From positions 50,779,396-50,824,142 of the forward strand of contig NC_068989.1 of assembly GCF_001194135.2 (NCBI RefSeq): a stretch of 44,747 nt of DNA, written 5' to 3'. The notes below the pieces were generated by a model. It was not told the origin of the DNA. It searched no databases and saw only the letters and a list, made by a program, of their open reading frames with translations. Within the stretch, counting starts at the first letter, position 1, and each line of letters starts with the position of its first letter. Below are positions 36,881-44,747 of this stretch, one piece after another. Position numbers and translations under genes: made by a program. The stretch comes from Octopus bimaculoides (lineage: Eukaryota).

Positions 36881-37001
36881 CTGCATTACACTTCTAACGA
36901 CTGCATTACACACTTCTAACGACTGCATTACACTTTTAACGACTGCATTACACTTCTAACGACTGTATTAAAATTCTAAAGACTGTATTACACTTCTAAC
37001 G
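36881..37001. repeat. Minisatellite, six copies of a 20-bp unit
   Basis: Unit GACTGCATTACACTTCTAAC. Copy 2 has a CA insertion and copy 5 is diverged. No spacers. Confidence 0.95.
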
Positions 37002-37167
37002 GAATCTAGTCTGAAATATATCTAGCTTGTGCAAATGGAAGAAAAATGGTGACGTATCTTTTCATCTTCTCATCAACTATCGTAGAGTAACCGAGATTTT
37101 AAGCGCGTCGTTAAACTAAAACAAAGCATTTATGACACACACCCACACACACACACGCACACGCACA

Positions 37168-37220
<53 letters not shown>

Positions 37221-39027
37221 TATATTGCCAAGGCAATATAAAATGTTGTTTGAGTGCCAGAGATCTCGTAATCATAGAATGTTTGCAGAAAATTCAACGT
37301 GACCAATCCTACACTTCAGAAAATCACAAGCGTAATCCAAAAGCGAACGTAAATTGCGATATTGAAAGTCTAACCTGTATTGCAGAAGCGTTATTTCAGA
37401 ATCTACCACATTTGTACTGCATTATGTGAAAGCAATCATCTGACAAATTTAACAAGTTAGATCTATATGCTAATATACTTCGAGAATGTACTAACTTTCT
37501 CAGTCATAATAATAGTTCCAAGTTACGTAAGATGACTAATTTGGTTAGATAACTAAGATAATTAACGTTATATCTTATTTTCCATTAGGTTAGTGGTGTT
37601 GTTCTTATTTATTTATTATTTTATTCTCTATACTACTTTTCTTCTTTTTCGTACTACACTTCTAAATTGCTAATGATGACATGAACGTCATCTAGGGTTA
37701 AGAAGATTTAATTTCTTTCGCAATAATTATCTCTTTTGCTTGTTTCTTCTGACTATTTCATGTCTCGCTTTTCTTTTATCGTTTGAAGGAAGAAGAAACG
37801 GTAACTGACAAAAATCTTTCCACAACTGACGAATATCAAAGAGAACAGTCACTTGAAGTTTTTCATTGATTGAACGCTTAGCTTTTACTAGCTTCACCTT
37901 AGATTAGTTATCTCCTCACCCAAACTGAGATTAGTGGTTTCTGAACCATGAATGAGGTCACTCATTATTTCCAAATTTCTTCTTAAATGTTCAATATCAT
38001 CCTCAATGGAACAATTATTAGAATACCTCGATCAAAGATCATAAGCCACGTACTGTGTCTTTCTCGAATCACTGCATTTTACAGAATTTTCTGTAGCTTA
38101 TTCTCAATATATAACTTAGTCACAAACCATTCGGACAATGGTGCTCTCCATTTCCATTATCTTTATATTCTTATATACCTATTGACATTTTTGTTTTGTT
38201 TTATGAAAAAAAATGCAATGAAGATTATTAAAGCCTTTTTTGAAATGAGAAAATTAAGCTTAAGTTAGGTATACGCTTTGCTATACAAAATGATTTAAAA
38301 TAGGCTAATGTTTTACCGTTGAATGGCGATGATCTTACACACTACATATCAAAGAAGAATATCCGAATATTTCTGTCAGATTTCTAGATGTTTACAAAAT
38401 GTTGTTTATAAGTTGCTTTGAATTTTGTTTCTTGTATACAGGTGTACAACTGACAATATCTAAATACTGCACTCTTGTTGAGGAGTGAATAAAAAGAAAA
38501 CGCCATAGCTGTCGCGTTTGTATTATGCTACTTTCTTCAATACGGGCATACATCTTTTCAATCTCTGTTAAAATCAATAGGAGACAAGTTTTGAAGCATG
38601 TATGAAAATAAGCGTCAGTCCACCAATTGTGAAATCTGGGACGAAATATAATTATGAATCAGTTTGCTTCCCATAATTGGATCTAAAAATAACGACAAAA
38701 GAAGGATTAAATGGAAATTGAATTGGCTACTTTATTACGAGAAAATGTAAAGAACATCGTAAGGTGTGCACTATATAGATCGGAACATAATCCCATTAAC
38801 ACAATCATAGATAACCTGCTGTTGTTAATCGTCGAACAGATTTAATCGAATATAATTGTTATCACAATACATTCGAATCATGACTGCCGTCTTCAAGTAT
38901 GGCTACATTTTTCTGTCCTTTTGTTCTTAACCCCATAACAACAGCTTTTTTTTCTTTTTTACTAAGCAAGTAGGTTGCTTTAACGGTAATCATCACGGTT
39001 GAAATTAGCAATTAGCGCACAACAATG

Positions 39028-39174
39028 GTTCGGCGTATATTTACATCAACCGCTTTAACCAGTTTTCGGCGGTGAATAATTCGGTTACCTGTGCGCGGCA
39101 ACATTAGTTGTGCCGATTGAGGTCAGCTCACAGTGCAAGATAACGTTCGGCGTATATTTACGTCAACCGCTTTA
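39028..39174. repeat. 30-bp direct repeat pair beside the piggyBac relic
   Basis: GTTCGGCGTATATTTAC(A/G)TCAACCGCTTTA at 39028-39057 and 39145-39174 (1 mismatch, 117-bp period). Confidence 0.9.
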
Positions 39175-39224
39175 GTGCATGCACTCTTTATTTATTCAAA
39201 CTATATACCTGTGCAGGACGCTCA

Positions 39225-39778
39225 TGCAGTATTATTCCTGTGTAAGATCATCCGACTAGCTGACCACATAAATATTGTAGCCGTTGTCAAACAAATTTTC
39301 ATTCAGCAACAACACAACATTAGTTGACACTAGAGTAGACACTGGAAAAACCAATCTATCCTGCTCAGTGTAGATTTTGTAATTCCATGTGTACCCACAG
39401 ACTCTGCAAGTTGACTGGCATACTTTAAAAACCTCGGCTTCAAAACGGGCAAGTTTGGTTGGGTTGTAGCGTTTGAATCAAAGCCTTCCCTTGAAATTTC
39501 ACAAACTCAAATCCGTACAAATGTCCTTTGTGGGGGACATACACCATTCTGAACATTTCAGCCACTTCGTCTCGCCTGAGTTGAAGTGTAGATTTGGAAG
39601 AAGCGCCAAAAATCGATCACGTGGCATCTTTTCTGGAAAAACGGTGTCGACGTGGCTGGTCCCGATTCCAATACGTTGACAGAGCCGGGGTGGCAGGACC
39701 AGCCTATCGGGTTGTAAATATCTACAAGAAACATCTAATCGGATTATCGGTTGGCAACTGGACTGGTAGTAACTCAGG
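39225..39778 (-). pseudogene. Decayed, internally deleted piggyBac transposase
   Basis: Ordered motifs: LPTDNPIRCFL*IFT; PALSTYWNRD; MPRDRFLALLPNLHFN; DICTDLSL*NFKGRL*FKRYNPTKLARF...VCQS...GYTWNYKIYT; VVLLLNENLFDNGYNIYVVS*S. These match piggyBac MxRxRF..LHF, IDE..FKGR...YxPxK..FG..GYxxN and GYxxYxDNW blocks. Confidence 0.92.
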
Positions 39779-41221
39779 ATGCGTATAATTACGTCTACCG
39801 TTACCGAATTTAAAAGGGAGCTGTCTCATATTTATAGTATCGAAATGACGATGTAGAAACATCAACATCATTGGGTGGAATGGTTAGCTTATTGAAATTG
39901 ATTGAAGAAATGTTTAGAACGTATGTGGGCGACATGCAAATTGATAATGGCTGAGATCAGACAGCAGCGGCTAAAGAAGTTCGAGATGGTGTGCTTTAGG
40001 TTTGCTTGTGGATTAGAACTAACAATTGACTTTCAGCGTAGATGGGAGAGTAATAACAGTTGAGGATATTGAAACGGTAAAATATCGTCGCACAGCAGTT
40101 TTTTTACCACAATGTCAGTGTCCAGAACTACTGTACTTACATGCTCAGAGGCTGAGTGGGCGGAAAACGGAATTGCGAGTAGACGAAGATGAATATGCGG
40201 TGAAGGCATCAATGAATGGAGAGGGAGGACTCTGGTACAAGAGACAGGTATACGTTGTCTGAGTGATAGTATTGCCTATAGTAATCTATAAACAAGAAAG
40301 TGGGGATAACTAATCATTCATTCATTCAAAAGGTACACAGAAAATGTTCCCATCTCCTCTTTATGACGTGTTCATTTTACATAAATAGCAATATATTGGG
40401 AACTAACTCCGTTACAAGGATCCATTCTACATGCTTAACCTTTTTATAACCAATCGGTAGGAGTAATTGAGAGAATGGAAAAAAATTACAAGAAGATTGA
40501 AAGCCCAGTACATTATCGACTCAGTAAATTTGAGACACACTGTAGTTACAAGGAAAGGTTGAAACCCTTACGAACAAATTGCTTCCCTCATCTCAGAGTA
40601 ATATTATGATACTGGTGATATGATAGTAGCGCATAGCAAATTCACCAGTTCGGTGACATATTAGTTTTAGAGGGCTGTCTGCATTTCTTCACTAATGTGT
40701 ATTACGCAAAATTTGATAAAATTAAAAATGATGCTATTCGTAATCCTTCTCCCAAGATGTATTGAAGCCTTATTACATTACTTCACAGAACGTAAGTTGC
40801 CTGATCTTCTAGAGAAAGCAATCAAATCACATTTAAATAACATACAATACTATCAGTAACAAAAAAATGAGTGATAAACTTTGGAATTCTAAAAATCCCT
40901 GAAAGGATGGAATGGTGAGGATCGTATGATGTACAAGTCATCATATTTGCTCTGCAGCATGGCTAAACAACACAAGAATAGAAACTGTTTTGCGTGTTAT
41001 TTCAGCCTTCTAGATATAACAAATCTAATTGTTTTCCCGAAACAAATTGCACCATTATAAGAAAGAAAGCAAATATTAAGTATTTAAATTTAATGACACA
41101 TTAAAAGAGGTGTAGTGGCAGTTGGAATTCCTTTGATGTTAGGGCTGACTGATCAAAGATGATCTTCGAATCAGTAGCAATAACAGAAACAACAACAAAA
41201 ACAACCACCAACGCCAACAGC

Positions 41222-41303
<82 letters not shown>
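41222..41303. repeat. (AAT)n microsatellite
   Basis: Perfect AAT run. Confidence 0.95.
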
Positions 41304-41305
<2 letters not shown>

Positions 41306-41829
41306 CTTATTTCATGAGCCTCAAGCAAAACTATTGCAGTGGAAAGGTATATAATCCAATCCATCGATCCAAGTATAATACTGAAATATATTTGATGTTG
41401 TCAAATAGATAAAAAGATTGAATTCTACCTTCCCAAGAAAAAGAAAGTCGGATGAAACAAATTCACACACAATTTCCAGAATCAACAGCAGCTACAAAAA
41501 TAGGAAAAAGCTGGACGCAAGGAAGGCTGCTCAGGTTAATGATATATGCTTACATAGTAATGCTAATAGAAATAGCACCGATCAAGAAATCCTTTACTCT
41601 TTCATTTAGTTCCCTAAATCCGCCATTATTCCGTAACCAACATCTTCATCTCCATTAATATTATCGTTGCATTCCAAAATGTAAAACGATTCAAATATTC
41701 TTTCTATTATACAATGAAACATTCCATCTTTTCAATATAAAAATCTCTGCTGCAGTATTTTGGCTAACAGGCACTTTTCGTTTATTGGAAATGGTTCATT
41801 TAGTTCTGGAATATATTGGTCGGTAGAAG

Positions 41830-42320
41830 CAAAAGAAGCAACAGCAACAGCAGCAAAAATGTATCAGGAAAAAACCCCAGCAACAACAATGAGAAACATA
41901 AAAATAAAATCAATAAAAAAATATATGTCGAGAACAAGAGCAACAATCGATCAAATAATCGTAAAATAAATACAGCTACGGCAACAATATTAGCAATAAT
42001 ATCAAATATACAACAAACATTGCATCAACAATTAAGTAAACAAAAAAGTAACAACAACATTATTGACATCAACAAATATAGGAATATAGCGGTAAGAATG
42101 AAAGGAAAACGACAACAGAATAACGTGAAAAATACAATAGTAAAAACAACATTGGAAATGCATATAAAGAAAATACAGCAATTGATGCGGTAATAATATC
42201 AGCAACAACAAAAGCAGTAATAACTTCACCGAAAGGAAGAAGAATAGTAGCGGCACAACAACAACAACATAAAAGACAACAACATTAGCTATATCAGCTA
42301 CACAATAAACACGAACAAGT
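41830..42320 (+). repeat. A-rich degenerate (AAC/AGC/AAT) low-complexity tract
   Basis: Strong A skew with recurring CAACAA/CAGCAA/AATAA units. Confidence 0.7.
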
Positions 42321-44004
42321 GTAACATAACTAGTAATGTGACTACCTCAATGTGCTTTAAATGTCAGAAGTAAACTCACACAAAAGAAGGAAACTAAACA
42401 TTATGTGAAAGACATTGCAGACTATCGGAATATGTAGTCACTTTGAAGAATAAATTAATACCTACATGAAGAAAAAATTACGAGAGACGACTGCGAATAT
42501 CGCACTACAAATACTATATGCGACTTTATTCTAAGCTGCCAACCGTAGAGTAGCTTTCGTGTTTCAATTCCTGTAAAACCGTTGTTATTAATGCAGTTAG
42601 TGGTTGTTTCAGCTCTTGTAGCTCGATATCTTCAGGGAAAGATGAAGCCAAGGATGGTATTCACCCGTAGATATCTTTGTCTCTACCTACATACTGTTGG
42701 GAAGATATCAAGCTGAACTGAACAGGTGGTGGGTCTTGGAAGAATCTTTTTTTAAAAAAAGGCTATTGCATAACAACTATAGCAAAGGAACAGTTAAAAC
42801 GAAATAGCATAGGCGTGCTTATTACCAAAGGAATCTTTACCAGGTAGCGGGACATGCATTATCAGCATGACACCTAGTGAGAGCACGAACGGTATGAATA
42901 GGAATATATAGGGTCAGCACTTCAGCGTTGTACACGGCCAGAAACTCCTCTTTCTTTTGAACAAGAAACCTAAACACGTATTGCAATTTTTACCGCTAGA
43001 ATCAGGACGCACACATCCTTAAGTAGAATTAGGCTATTACCGATATCTCTAAGGGAATATATAGCTAACTCCCAAGTTATCGGTGAGGTCGATTTCTGTG
43101 AAATAATATGCGTATGTGATCACTTTGGACATAATTTTGGTGGTACATCGCTCTCTATTCAGTTTGTGGAACACTGTCGTAAATTGCTTGTTATTATTGT
43201 CATGAAAAAAACCCTGACATACAAGAACACAACCGGCCAAACCACGAAAAATGTAAGCGACCAGATAGCACTCCCTTGTAGAAATGCTATTCGAAATGTT
43301 TATGATAATGGAGATCAGGCGGTAAACAAAAGAAGGTCCTTCTAAACATGGATGAAAAAAAAATGCGCAATTGTAGATGTTCTAGGAGAAGTAAACTTGT
43401 GAAAACGCGAAGCTTTTTGCAAGGGAAGAAGCCCCTCTCATATGAAATAGCAGACATATTCTTCGAGAAGGAAATAGCTTCCTACTTAAACGTCGTGATT
43501 TGCAGTCTTTCGCAAGAGCAACGGAAACAATAAGTCAATATACGACAAAAACATATTTTTCTTTGCAAAGTTCAGATAACATTTAAACAGTAGAATATGA
43601 CAGAATATTAGCAGAAATGTTGGTCAGGAATTATATGAATATATGTCGTTTATCGACAAAACGTTTAGACTTTATTTAACAATGTATGTACCAAAAGAGT
43701 ATTCCATGGAAAATTTTGAAATTTCTAGCAAAGATCAATATAAAATATTCAGGAATACAAAGTGTACAATAGAACGCAAATGTATATTCAATGCGTATAT
43801 AGTTAAAATGTTTTTATTATGGTGTTACATAATTTTTACTGTGAATAGATAACTATGTTTTTATATAAATGTTTAAAGTTCAATAATATTGTAATGCTTT
43901 TAGACTCTCTATTGAACTTTGTTGAGTACATCTCCCCAACACTATATTTTGCTGTAATGCCCCTCATCACTTTGTGTACATGTGGCTGATAAACAAACAA
44001 TTAT

Positions 44005-44547
44005 TATTATTGAGTGAGAGAGCAGTGCGTGTCATCAAAGTGTCACTGGTGTAAAATATACGAAGCCTATTATACCCTTCATGACTACCCGTCTGATAAG
44101 GGTATATTAAGCACATGCATCACAACCATATGTGCGCGACATAGAGATCTCATATCAAAATAAACAGCGCATGACCTTGCAGGTGGAGCCCAGTCAGAGT
44201 TTTCTTCGGGTAGAGTAGCCTATCCCGCTCAAAAGGTCTTCCAATAAAGGTTTTTTAAGGATGCTGAACGAAACACCCACGTTTCTAGAGCCGAATTATT
44301 CAAACTCTCAAGAATTCTGCTCAACACATGGCTATAATGCTCCTCCACTACTTCGGCTTGTGATCAGATATGCACATAATGTCAGCTGCTAAGGGACATG
44401 CACAATTGGTTATGGTCAAGCCACTGACAAGCAAATCTATGGTATTAAGCAGAATAGTTACTGTAGTCCATCTTTTATGTAAAGACAAAACATGTACATT
44501 TAAGAAGGAGAAGCCATGACAGCCAATTCGTTGTATTGCAGCAGGGC

Positions 44548-44550
<3 letters not shown>
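44005..44550 (-). mobile_element. ~550-bp interspersed repeat, copy 2
   Basis: Collinear with 31195-31745 in the same orientation. (ATT)n on both flanks, with the long tract at 44551-44640. Confidence 0.85.
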
Positions 44551-44640
<90 letters not shown>

Positions 44641-44747
44641 CATTTTATGTTTGACTTTTGTTTTGCATTTGTACAAGTTGGATCCAAGTTTCACCCAGAG
44701 ACCTCAAGAGACAACAAGTTAGAAGTTCATGTAGGTGTTATGCCTAG

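Noticed and set aside
36881-37001. CRISPR-like appearance of the 20-bp array
   Set aside because: Units are contiguous without unique spacers, the context is eukaryotic and there are no cas genes.
40026-40262. 78-aa plus-strand ORF and an overlapping minus-strand 91-nt exon-like segment (40141-40231)
   Set aside because: Conflicting strands and no recognisable homology. It may be the degraded 5' part of the adjacent piggyBac.
41816-42193. 125-aa N/K/S-rich ORF
   Set aside because: Product of the A-rich low-complexity tract, which is depleted of stop codons.
42595-42640. Minus-strand CTGAAGA...AGCT[ACAAG]AGCT-GAAA
   Set aside because: Five unpaired bases before stem II, and no stem III, NUH or stem I partner.

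Overview
AT-rich eukaryotic (metazoan) draft-assembly sequence with ten N gaps (875-963, 1759-1775, 2214-2838, 5184-5404, 11136-11642, 18111-18744, 21192-21230, 25626-26513, 29479-29587, 32026-32117) and dense microsatellites. The SINE families look like those I associate with octopus, so this is probably coleoid cephalopod intronic or intergenic DNA (inference). No intact protein-coding gene is recognisable, and most of the ORF track is artefact from gaps and simple repeats. Supported content: several tRNA-derived SINEs (one full-length with a 13-bp TSD), two copies of a ~550-bp repeat, three mariner relics, a decayed piggyBac transposase, one candidate coding exon and one candidate decayed ORF of unknown identity. 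The most interesting signal is five hammerhead-ribozyme-like folds of type I topology (279-322, 6631-6671, 17255-17355, 17825-17883, 27697-27758), plus a sixth and a truncated seventh in the arms of a ~730-bp palindrome (28691-29478). Two sit in the spacer of young elements with ~130-bp near-perfect inverted arms that would otherwise be called MITEs. This points to ORF-less, Penelope-like or retrozyme-like fold-back elements. All folds and alignments were done by eye and need computational confirmation.
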